From the NCBI GenBank assembly GCA_054600435.1, contig BAAIJX010000067.1:62001-96005 (forward strand): a stretch of 34,005 nt of DNA, given 5' to 3'. Of the stretch, positions 23,362 through 33,222 are shown in pieces. The notes under the pieces are model-generated. The model was given only the letters and a program-made list of their open reading frames with translations, was not told where the DNA came from and did no database searches. How positions within the stretch are numbered: the first letter of the stretch is position 1; each line of letters opens with the position of its first letter. Made by a program: the position numbers and the translations under genes. This DNA is from Neophaeotheca triangularis (lineage: Eukaryota).

Positions 23362-24390
23362 GCGGCTTTCGACAACTCATTGGCTTTCAACAAGGAAAAC
23401 GACTACGTCGACGACGAACACGTGAGTAAATACTACCACGACAACATTTCCGAACGTCCTGCCCACCGCCACGACGATTTCCGGGACCTAGCAGCCCTGG
23501 ATTACAAGAGCAACGACGCAGGCCCAGCGAAAGTTCGACAGCTTGGCATCGGCGCGGGGGAAGGCAGGTCATGAGGATCCGGCTGCCGGGGGGTTTCGGC
23601 GCTGCGAAGCATAGTCAAGGAGCTCGCGCCAGGTAATAAGCTCCTTGAGGCACTAATAGTCGGCGTCGGGGGTATCTTTGCCTGCCCTCCCGCCCGTCCT
23701 TACGGTTATATAGAAGTAGGAAACGGGAATTGCTAAAGGGGGCATGCGGTAGGGTATGAAGAGGCCGAGAGCTCTTCTCTTGCAATAGAAGGCCGCTTAC
23801 GTGCTAAAGGGGTGTTCCTAAGAAGTTAGGGAGAGCATGTATGCTATCGGAAAGGCTATAGAAGAGTAAGGTTGCCCCTAATAGGCGTTCTTCTCGGCGA
23901 ATTACTAACCGAATATATTAGTCGGCAAAGTTATTTACGAGTTGTAGATTATGTAGCTAAGTTTAGTCTACTTTCTACTATAGTCTTTCATCACTCCTTT
24001 TACGTTCTTTATAGCCTAATTATATTAGTATCAATTTACCTAGTCTTTTAAATTAATAATATAGACATATAAATAATCTTACAATTTATATAGTAATTAT
24101 TAACTAAAGACTTAAAGTAAGAGCTATTTACTACTTTAAACAACCTTAGATATAAAAAGTATAATATATATAATTACTAAGTTTAGATATGTTCTAAGCT
24201 AAAAACATTTTTACTTAGACTTTTTATATTAATCACATTACTTAAGTATTAATTACATCCTCTTTTAATAGCCTATATAGGTATATTACATTTATATACA
24301 TAATACTATTATCGAGTAGCGCGAGTACTTAAGAAGCTAGGAGACTAGTCTTACTTAGGGAGGTATTATTTCTAATAGTTACGAGTAATG

Positions 24391-24817
24391 TGTTACGATC
24401 CTATAAGGTAGTCTTATAGGTTTAGAGCTTATAGTAGAAGAGAAGAGATATTAAGGAAGGCTAGTAAGGGTGTTTCCTTTATTATAAGGATTTTAAAGAT
24501 ATATAAAGTGTTACTATAGACCTTTTAGTAAGATTATAACATAAGTTAAACACAAATCTCTATCTTGGAAATATCGCTACCTAAATATAAGGAGATTTAT
24601 GTCTCTAATTATTATAATCTGTCGCTCTATAGTACTTAGTTAAAGGTAAGTACTAAGTAGAGGTAAGTACTACTCTATCGCTTAGTAGTACTTAGTTAAA
24701 GGTAAGTACTAAGTAGAGGTAAGTATATTATATAACCTAAATGTACTCTATCCTATAACTATAGGTTCTACTAAGCATTCCTTATTATATACTAGGTATA
24801 GCGTAATGTTCATAATA
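24391..24817 (-). repeat. 3' LTR of outer element (427 bp), followed by polypurine tract 24818-24829
   Basis: Begins TGTTACGATCC; ends CATAATA (RIP form of ..TAACA); next to ctatccccctcc (PPT on - strand). First ~210 bp are homologous to the inner LTRs. Confidence 0.88.
24630..24725. repeat. 40-bp perfect direct repeat (56-bp period) in outer U3
   Basis: tagtacttagttaaaggtaagtactaagtagaggtaagta at 24630-24669 and 24686-24725; each copy contains AGTACTTA-N8-TAAGTACT inverted arms. Confidence 0.9.
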
Positions 24818-24905
24818 CTATCCCCCTCCTAGTCTAGCTCGTCCTAAGCTTATTCTCTACTTATCTTTCGTTCTATAGTTAATAGTATCTTCCCTTATTA
24901 ACGCG

Positions 24906-25502
24906 ATACCTAAAACAAAGAAGTCTTCTACTACTCGTTGCTATAAGTTATTTAATTTCCTAGATTCATATAGAACGGTTCTTAACATAGTTCGAAAATG
25001 TATGTAATACTAGGAGGTAGGTCGTATATATAAGGTACACATTTAGTCTAGAAAGTGTACTACCTATATATAGCGAAACATTTCTTCTTATAATATAAGA
25101 GTAATAGAGAACGAGTTCGCTTACCTTTATCATAATCATAAGTGTCTTTATAAGGCGATAGAAGAGGCTTAGTATATATCTATTATTGCTTAGTAAAAGG
25201 TAGCTAAGGCTTAAGAGGAAGCGAATCGTTTACTATCTAAGGAAATATGTCTTTAGAAACAAATAGACCGTTTATAGGAGAAGGAGGGAGAGGCTATAGC
25301 TATTAAAGAGCATAACATCGAGCTCCTCGAGCTTAAAGAAGGTAGTAACGAGCTCTTTAATCCTGATTTTCCTCCTAATTAGCTAGGTCCTAATCTAGCT
25401 TTAAATCCTCTTACTTAGACTTCGATAGACAGCCTACCTAACGAGTTTTAGGACCTTAGTCTAATTCCTAGTGATATTACTATAGGATCCTCTAGTAGTT
25501 AA
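24906..25502 (+). pseudogene. RIP-inactivated antisense ORF of outer element: Zn2Cys6-like plus coiled-coil protein (199 codons)
   Basis: No frameshifts over 597 bp; start ATA (RIP form of ATG); stops are all TAA/TAG. C-M-*-Y-x6-Y-x8-C-x2-Y-x7-Y becomes C-x2-C-x6-C-x8-C-x2-C-x7-C if TAY is reverted to TGY. Confidence 0.75.
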
Positions 25503-26076
25503 GTAAGTTGTCCTTAGGTTCCTAGGTATTTTTACTTACTAGGTATCCTTTCTATTTCACGAGGTAGTTCTAACTATCTCTATCTAGAATCTTTTCGACC
25601 TTATACTTAGCTTCTTCCTCTAGTAGATTATAGTAGAAGGTATCTTAGATTAGTATTTTAGTATCTACTAGTTCGAGTAAGGATATATAGAAGACTAGGT
25701 AGACTCTAGTATCTTTTAGGAGTTAGAGGAGGTAGTTAACTTTTCCTCTTTATTCTTTAACTAGAAATGGTCCGACTTTAATATAGTCTAGTTTTCGCGT
25801 TTATCTCCTTATCTTTAGGTTTTTCGTAAGTAAGTACACCTTATCCCCCTTCTTAAGCTAAGGTACTATTTTAGAGTCCTTATGTCTCTATAACTTAAGT
25901 CGCTATTATAACTATGTAAGTTTGTCTTTCGCTTATTTATATACTTTCTATAGCTACGAAGATGTTTATAGGGCCTTTTCTATAAGTAGTCCTAGCTTTA
26001 GTTCTATAAACATATTTAGATCTTTTCTAAAGTTTATATAGAATAGAGTTATGCCTATCGTCTCTAAGGCATTATT

Positions 26077-26497
26077 TGTTGCGATCCTACAAGGTAGTCT
26101 CACGGGTTTAGAGCTCGTAGCGGAAGAGGAGAGATATCGAAGAAGGCTAGCAAGGGTGTTTCCTTTGTCGTAAGGGTTTTAAAGATACGTGAAGTGTCGC
26201 TATAGACCTTTCAGTAAGATTGTAATATAAGTTGAACACAAATCTCTACCTAGGAAATATCGCTAGCTATATACATAGGAGATTCGTGTTAGATCAGTTC
26301 TTGACTAATCCGTCGTGCTCAGGATCAGACTAATCCTAAGTGTCCTAGCTTAGACTTAGTCTGAGTCTAAGCGAGCATGCTTAGTTAAAGTCTAAGCGAA
26401 CGTCTTGGCTAGTTCTAAGATCACGTGTCCGGCAAGCCTTAGGGTTAGACCCTAGCTCCGACTAGGAATTCTAGCTCTGCTTAGCTTAGCCGTAACA
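26077..26497 (-). repeat. 3' LTR of inner element (421 bp); PPT at 26498-26510
   Basis: TGTTGCGATCC...CCGTAACA; adjacent ctatccccctttc reads GAAAGGGGGATAG on the - strand. Confidence 0.96.
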
Positions 26498-26581
26498 CTA
26501 TCCCCCTTTCAGCCTAGCTTCGTCCTCGAAGCCTAATAAAGTTCCGTTATTCCCTACATCGTTTTGTCATCAAGTTTCGCG

Positions 26582-27181
26582 ATGTCTTCTACCCTGTCCC
26601 GTAAACAACAACGTCTTAATCTCTCGGCCGAAATCGAGAAGTCTAGAACAACCAACATAGTACCCTGTTCAGCCTATCGATCTACGAGGAAATCGCCTTC
26701 GGCCGAACTAGTACGATGTATAATTAGTGCTCGATCTAGTCGGTGTTCGGAATGTATACGCAAAGGGTATACTAAGTGTGACGCAAAGCTTAGTCGTCCT
26801 AAGTGGGAAAAATGGAGAGATTCACGCAACAAACTGTAACGGCAGTTAGAGGAGTGTAAGGAGGAGGAGCTCGAGCTTTTACAAAAACTACACGAGCGTC
26901 GTTCGAAAAAGTTGCGGTTGCGGAAACAGCTTCGTTATGCTAAGGGTCGCACGGAAACCGCGGTGTCTAGAGAGTTAGAGGATTTAGAGCAAGTAGATCG
27001 GTTAGAGGAAGATCTCTTAGGTCCGGTTAACACTAGGGTTAAGGTTACGCAGCGTCTAGGCTTTGTTAGTATTCTAGAGATGTCGACGCAGGACTAGAGT
27101 GCTATCGACGGCTTAGATCTTCCTTCCGAGCTTTAGGATTTCGGTCCTAATGATATTGTTACAGGGCCTTCTAGTAGTTAA
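26582..27181 (+). pseudogene. Antisense ORF of inner element: Zn2Cys6-like plus coiled-coil protein (200 codons, 3 RIP-type internal stops)
   Basis: MSSTLSRKQQRLNL...PCSA(Y>C)RSTRKSPSAELVRCIISARSSRCSECIRKGYTKC...KL*RQLEECKEEELELLQKLHERRSKKLRLRKQLRYA... One frame joins ORF-track pieces 26564-26839 and 26912-27097. Confidence 0.8.
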
Positions 27182-30100
27182 GTAAGTTGTCCTTAGGTTC
27201 CTAAGTGTTTTCGCTTGCGTAGTAACCTTTCCATTTCACGAGGTAGTTCTAACCGTCCTTGTCTAGAATCTTTTCGACCTCGTACTCGGCTTCTTCCTCT
27301 AGTAGATCGTGGTAAAAGGTGTCTTAGATTAGTGTTTCGGGGTCTGCTAGTTCGAGCAAGGATATATAGAAGACTAGGTGGACTCTAGCGTCTCTTAGGA
27401 GTTAGAGGAGATAGTTGACTTTTCCTCTTTGTTCTTTAACTAGAAACGGTCCGACTTTGACATAGTCTAGTTTTCGTGTTCGTCTCCTTGTCTTCAGGTT
27501 TTTCGTAAGTAGGTACACCTTATCCCCCTTCTTAAGCTAAGGTGCCGTTTTGGAGTCCTTATATCTTTATAACTCGAGTCGCCGTTACGACTATATGATC
27601 TTGTCCTTCGCCTATTAGTGTGCTTCTTGCAGCTGCAAAGACGTCTATAGGGCTCTTTCTACGAGTGGTCCTGGCTTTAGTTCCATAAATGTATTTAGAT
27701 CCTTTCCGAAATTTGCATAGAATAGAGTTAAGCCTGTCGTTTCTAAGGCATTGTTATTAAGTGCGAGCTATGCTATAGGTAAGAGCGCTACCTAATTGTC
27801 CTAAGCGTAGTTGACGTAATGTCGCAAATACGTTTCGAGGGATTGGTTTGAGCGTTCTGTCTGTCTATCGGTTTCGGGGTGAAATGCCGTCGAGAGCTTG
27901 TGCTTCACTCCTATTGCTAATATTAAGGTTTTCTAGTAGTTAGATGTGAAGAGCTTGTCTCTATCCGTAATCAGAACCGTTAGAATGCCGTAGTATCGTA
28001 CTAATCTATCGAGAACAAGGTGTCCGAGTTCTTCTACAGTAATTGTCTTATTGTAGGGAACGAAATGTGAGTACTTCGTGAGTCTGTCGACTATGACTAG
28101 GATCGAATCGTAGTCCTTGTTTGTCGATAGGTCTCTAGATCTCGGTAGCTTTACGATGAAATCCATTGTAACCTCGTTCCATAGTAGATCCGGTGGCTCC
28201 TAGAATTGTAGGTTCCTATATTTGGCGTGTCTCGAAGCTTTGTTTCGTTAGCAGCTCGTACATTTCTTAATGTACTCTAAGACCTTCTGTCTCATTCCGG
28301 GGAACACGAAGTTACGTCTAATGTATTCTACTGTTCTAGCGATTCCTAGATGTCCGTTAGTAGGTCTATCGTGGTAGTCCTAGATGTACTAGCGTTCCCT
28401 TTCGTTTAGAACCCTAAACTTCCTATGTTCGACAGGGAATTCCTCGGTGTCATCCCTAAGTACTCGCAGTACTAAGTTAAATTCCTAGGGGTTAGCGCTT
28501 AGGCTTCCGTCCTTATTAACCTTTAGTATGCGGTGTTGCTATAGAAGGTGTCCTTCTATGTAGTCGCTTCTTCTGCTTAGCGCGTCGGCGCGCCCATTGT
28601 CTTTTCCGGGAGTATAGACTATGTCGAACTTATATTGTCCGAGTAGCTCTAACTATCTACATTGTCGGCGTGACAATTCCTTGGTTGTTGTAAAGTATTG
28701 CAGGTTCTTGTGATCCGAGTAAATAGTTAGTCCGGTTGCTCCTTTACAGTACACTCTCTAGTATCGCAATGCTATAACGATTGCGAGCAGTTCTTTGTCG
28801 TAGATCTCGTAGTTCTATTCCGCTAGTAACATCTTCCTTAAGAAGTAAGCGATAGGGTGTCGTTTGCTTTCAACCTCCTACGTAAGGCAAGCTCCTATTG
28901 CTCTGTCGGAGGCATCGGTTTCGATTTGAATTGGTTTCTTAGGGTCAAACATCCTTAGCGTAGGAGCAGTCGTGCATAACTCCTTAAGCTTATCGAAGGA
29001 TTATTGTTGAATCTTTCCCTATACGAATAGTATGTCCTTTTTCGTAAGGTTAGTTAGAGGCGTAGCGAGCCTTAAGTAATCCTTTACGAATTTCCGATTG
29101 TAGTTAGCTAATCCGAGGAATGCTTGGATGTCCTTAACTGACTTGGGTATTAGCTATTCCTCGATCGATTAAGTTTTCTTCGGGTCTATTCGGATCCCGG
29201 TAGTGCTAATCACAAAACCTAGAAAGTCGACTTCCTTCTTGTAGAACTCGCATTTCTCTAGTACTGTTCTAAAGTCTACTTTGTCGAGTCGTTCGAATAC
29301 TGCGTGTACGTCCTTAGTATGTTATTCTCGTGATCCTTTCGTGAAGACTAATATGTCGTCGATGTAAGCGATAACAGTAATGTCGAGTAGGTCTCGTAGG
29401 ATGTCGTTAACGAGTTGTTAACAGGTTGCTAGGGCGTTCGTAAGTCCTATAGGCATAACCTAAAATTCGTAAAGTCCGTAGCGCGTTCGAAAAGCTGTTT
29501 TCCACTCTTCCCCCCTTGCCATTCTAACTAAATAGAATGTATCTCGGAGATCGATCTTGGTGAACTAGTGTGAACCGGTGAGTCGATCTCTCATCTCGTC
29601 GATATTAGGCAGTGGATAACGGTTTTTAGTGGTGATCGCATTGAGTCGTCTGAAATCGATAACTATTCGTAGTTTTCCTCCTTTCTTAGGAACGAAAAAC
29701 GGTGGTGAAGCGGCTAATGAAGTAGAGGGTCGAATCTATCCTTTCTTCATTTTTTCATCTAGCTATCGTCGTTGCTCTTCGAGCTCTTTTTCGGATAGCG
29801 CGTAAAGTGGCCCCCATGGTATCTTCGTACCGGGCTGAATGTCGATTCGGTAGTCCTATAGTTAATGTCTAGGTAGAGCGGCTACTCCTTCCTCTTCCTA
29901 GAAAAGGCGCTTCCATTTTCTAAATTCTCTAGGGATATCTAAAGGTGCGTGACTTCCTTCCTCAACTCTTACTTATTAGTCCGTTTAGGCTAGTTCGGTA
30001 CCTATAGAGTCCGATCTAATTCGTATTAGTATCGTGGTCGATTAGCGATACGTTTCGTTGATCTGCCTTCTCTTATCTGCCGTCGATCGCTGCCGGCGCG

Positions 30101-30548
30101 TAGGGTAGGTTGTAGTAACGTAACTACACCTGTCGAATGTAAGTACTCGTTTTCTCTAATCCACTATAGGATTGTGTCGTTCTAACTAAGGAGTGCCTAG
30201 AACGACGTCATGTCTAGCCATAGGCATAACGTCTAGGACAATTCGCTCGTGATGCTTTTAGAAGACAAGTGGTAGCGGTACTGTTTCGCTATCCACGTCG
30301 GGTAGTAATAAGCCGTCCACGGCTATTAGTTCGTACCCGCTATCTGTTTTCTTCTAGGTAGCTAGCCTATGCTAACGTACGAAAGTTTCCGAGATAAAGT
30401 TTCCGCTAGCTCCGGAATCTATTATAGCGAGGGTTTCGTATCCGTCGACAGTACATGTTGTTCGGAAGACCGTTCCTAATACTATTTCGTGTTAAGCATT
30501 TGTATTGTTTAGTTCCTAACGCTCGCTCTTAGCGACAGGTCCTATTCG
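27102..30548 (-). pseudogene. pol: pol: protease, reverse transcriptase, RNase H, integrase, chromodomain (RIP stops, frame intact; true 3' end uncertain)
   Basis: LAIIDSGASGNFIS (~30415), AYIDDIL (~29360), IETDASD (~28915), MDFIVKLP..DSILVIVDRLTKY (28166 downward), GPFLV (~27445), EYEVEKILD...YLVKWKGY..SENT*EP (~27290-27195). Confidence 0.95.
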
Positions 30549-32761
30549 TTTTTTAAGAAGTAGGTAGATGAATCCGCTGTTTCGAGAGAGACTTCCTAGT
30601 AAAGGGGTCCGTCCCGAGGTCTAATCGTGACTTTTCCTTGGATTGCGTGTGCGGTGATAGGTCCTCGTGTAGTTGCTTTAACATGTCCGAGGATCATCTT
30701 TCGGTCGACTAGTAGTAAGAACTTATCGCGCGGTACTATGGTCTATTGGTCCAAGGAATCCTGTGCTTGCTTCTTCATTTCTTATAGCGTGATTTCTTCT
30801 TCTCTCTATTGCTCCTAGATAAGCTAGAATTCTCTATAACGATTCTTGACTGTTTTGACTCGTTGTCTTATAGAATGTGGGATTCGTATCCCGTCTGGCG
30901 TAATGTAGCCGTTTTCTCCGTGAAAAGTACTTCCTATTAGTGGCCTGTCCTAGACAAAGGTGGTAGCGTCATACTCGACGGCGACCTTTCGGTAGTCCTA
31001 GAACATTGCTCGTAATCGTATAAGTATGGCTTCGAATTAGTTAGGTTCTAAGCGTCGTTTGCCTTAGATTATTAGGAACACTTCTTCGTACGATCGTGCA
31101 ATGTAAATGACCATTTTCTTGATCGGGTTTGGTCCGTGCACAATGAACTCTACTACGTCGTTGTCGTCTAGTTCATCATCGTCGGTGTAGTCGCATTCGG
31201 AGTCGTCTTCGGAATCCGTCACTGTCGTATCCTCTTGCAATTCTGGAATTTCTAGAGGCATCGATAGCCTTAAAGGGCTAATCTCCGGCGTTAGTACGAT
31301 CGCAGTGAGTTCCGGTGTCTAAGATATTTCTTCGTTGTCTGAGTCGGGTGTTAGGGGTGCTATTATCGGTGATAGTGCTTAGTTTTCTTGCAGTTTGTCG
31401 TCCTCCTATGCAAATAGAGGTAGGGACCTTCCTCGGGCTACGTTGCCGTCGTCCCTTGACTGCTGTAGTGGTTAGCGTCTTAACATCATGTTGAGTTCCT
31501 TCTAAGGCTTACGTAGTTGCTTAGATTCTTCGTCTGCTATAGCCTTAATCCTGTCGTTTAGATCTACTATCTAATCGGCTACTTAGATCATAAGGTTAAA
31601 GTGCTCTTTAGTCTACTCCTTATAGCTCACCAAGTCATCGTGAAACTCCCTAAGCTTCTAGTATTGCTCGATTAGCGCGTCCGTTCCGGACTTCGGGGTA
31701 ACTCGTTCGATAACGTTCACTTCCTTCCGAGGTCTAATAGGTATTCCGTTAGTCACTAGTCCCTAACTTTTGTGCACCAAACAGTAATCCCTCTTGTAAA
31801 ACCTCTAGTGAAGTTCGTCGTGTTCCGGTTCTTCGTAGGTTCCGGTGATGTCGTAAGCTCCGCGGCTCTTATCGGTAGGAGAGTCGTTATCCTATCGGGT
31901 CAAAATCGCATTAACCTCCTAGCGTGGGCGCATCTGTTTCCCACGGCAGTCTCGTGCATAGTGCCCTATCTTGTAGCAGTTATAGCATTCCGGTCCGTTC
32001 CGTTTCTTGCCTAGGGCGTTCTGTTTGCCCCGTCCTCTATCCCTACCCTTCCTAGGACGCTGTTACGTAGAGTCGAGTTCTATCGCATCAGGATCGCGAC
32101 GTTGCTAACCGACAGGCCGGCTGCCGGTAGCATAGCTAGTTCGTCCGCGATACTGTCTAGTGTGGCGTTTTTCCATAAACCGTTCGTAGAGAGCGTCATC
32201 AACCTCGATCGCCGATTTAATCATACCGGGGAGAGTTAACTGATCGCCTCCGTAGCGTATGAGTTCGTCCTTCACGTTGTCCTTAAGTCCTCGGTAGTAC
32301 ATGGTTATAAGAGCGTTGTCGTCCTAGTCGGTCTTGGCTAAGTGCTCCTAAAACTTAGCAGTGTACTAAGAGGCAGACGTTTTCTACGTAAGGTGCTGAA
32401 TCATTCGGATAGCAACTTGTCGATCGTTGCTCAATCTATAGACGTTACGGATGACCTTAACAAAAGACTTCTAGTTCGAGAATAGTCCTTTAGGGTCGAT
32501 TCGTTCTATAAGGAAATCCGTAAGCTTTAGGCGGATCTAGTGTTAAGCTTCTCTACGAAGGAAAGAAGCAGTAGTAAGAGGTTGCTTCTACTCACTAACG
32601 CTTTCTATAAGGAAGAACATCATCATCTGGTTAACCTAGTCGTCTAGCTTGTTACGTTCGCCATAGAAGTAGTCCGGTTTGGCAACCTTGCTAGTGACCA
32701 TGGTTAATACTCCTCGTTAAGTGCTAGCGACGCTTGCGTCTCGGTTATCGGATGGGGACAT
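30542..32761 (-). pseudogene. gag: gag (740 codons including stop), with CCHC zinc knuckle and long C-terminal extension
   Basis: ATG at 32761; KVAKPDYFYGERNKL, MYYRGLKDNVKDEL, CYNCYKIGHYARDC (~31945-31990); ends ..KNE* in the same frame. Confidence 0.9.
30548..30554 (-). other. Putative -1 ribosomal frameshift heptamer A AAA AAC at the gag/pol junction
   Basis: - strand TTA AAA AAC GAA TAG ends gag; the -1 frame runs into the protease motif. Confidence 0.75.
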
Positions 32762-32801
32762 ACTTACCTATTAATCTCTCTTTCCTAGAGGGTGTTCAAA
32801 G

Positions 32802-33222
32802 TGTTGCGATCCTACAAGGTAGTCTTACGGGTTTAGAGCTCGTAGCGGAAGAGGAGAGATATCGAAGAAGGCTAGCAAGGGTGTTTCCTTTATCGTAAGG
32901 GTTTTAAAGATACGTGAAGTGTCGCTGTAGACCTTTTAGTAAGATTGTAACATGAGTTGAACACAAATCTCTACCTAGGAAATATCGCTAGCTATATACA
33001 TAGGAGATTCGTGTTAGATCAGTTCTTGACTAATCCGTCGTGCTTAGGATTAGACTAATCCTAAGTGTCCTAGCTTAGACTCAGTCTGAGTCTAAGCGAG
33101 CATGCTTAGTTGAAGTCTAAGCGAACGTCTTAGCTAGTTCTGAGATCACGTGTCCGGCAAGCCTTAGGGTTAGACCCTGGCTCCGACTAGGAATTCCAGC
33201 TCTGCTTAGCTTAGCCGTAACA
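32802..33222 (-). repeat. 5' LTR of inner element (421 bp)
   Basis: Colinear with 26077-26497; by manual comparison 14 differences, all CpA>TpA or TpG>TpA. Confidence 0.96.

Larger units (their letters stand above)
26077..33222 (-). mobile_element. Full-length (7146 bp) Ty3/gypsy chromodomain LTR retrotransposon, RIP-inactivated
   Basis: Two 421-bp LTRs (TG...CA); 5-bp target-site duplication TTATT (26072-26076, 33223-33227); PPT; gag, then PR-RT-RH-IN-chromodomain. Confidence 0.97.

Noticed and set aside
23380..23574. 64-aa ORF immediately after MAF1
   Set aside because: Non-ATG start, short, no motif; most likely 3' UTR.
24630..24725. Repeat-spacer-repeat pattern resembling a CRISPR array
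   Set aside because: Only two units, inside a fungal LTR, with no cas genes; eukaryotic context.
24391..24817. Identification of the outer element as CfT-1 of Fulvia fulva (recalled as having 427-bp LTRs and a third ORF)
   Set aside because: Only the LTR length and general structure match my recollection; I cannot verify sequence identity. BLASTn against CfT-1 would decide this, and would show whether its reported third ORF relates to the antisense gene.
26510..27100. env-like gene in the sense orientation after pol
   Set aside because: No sense-strand signal-peptide or transmembrane ORF is evident; the conserved coding signal is on the opposite strand.
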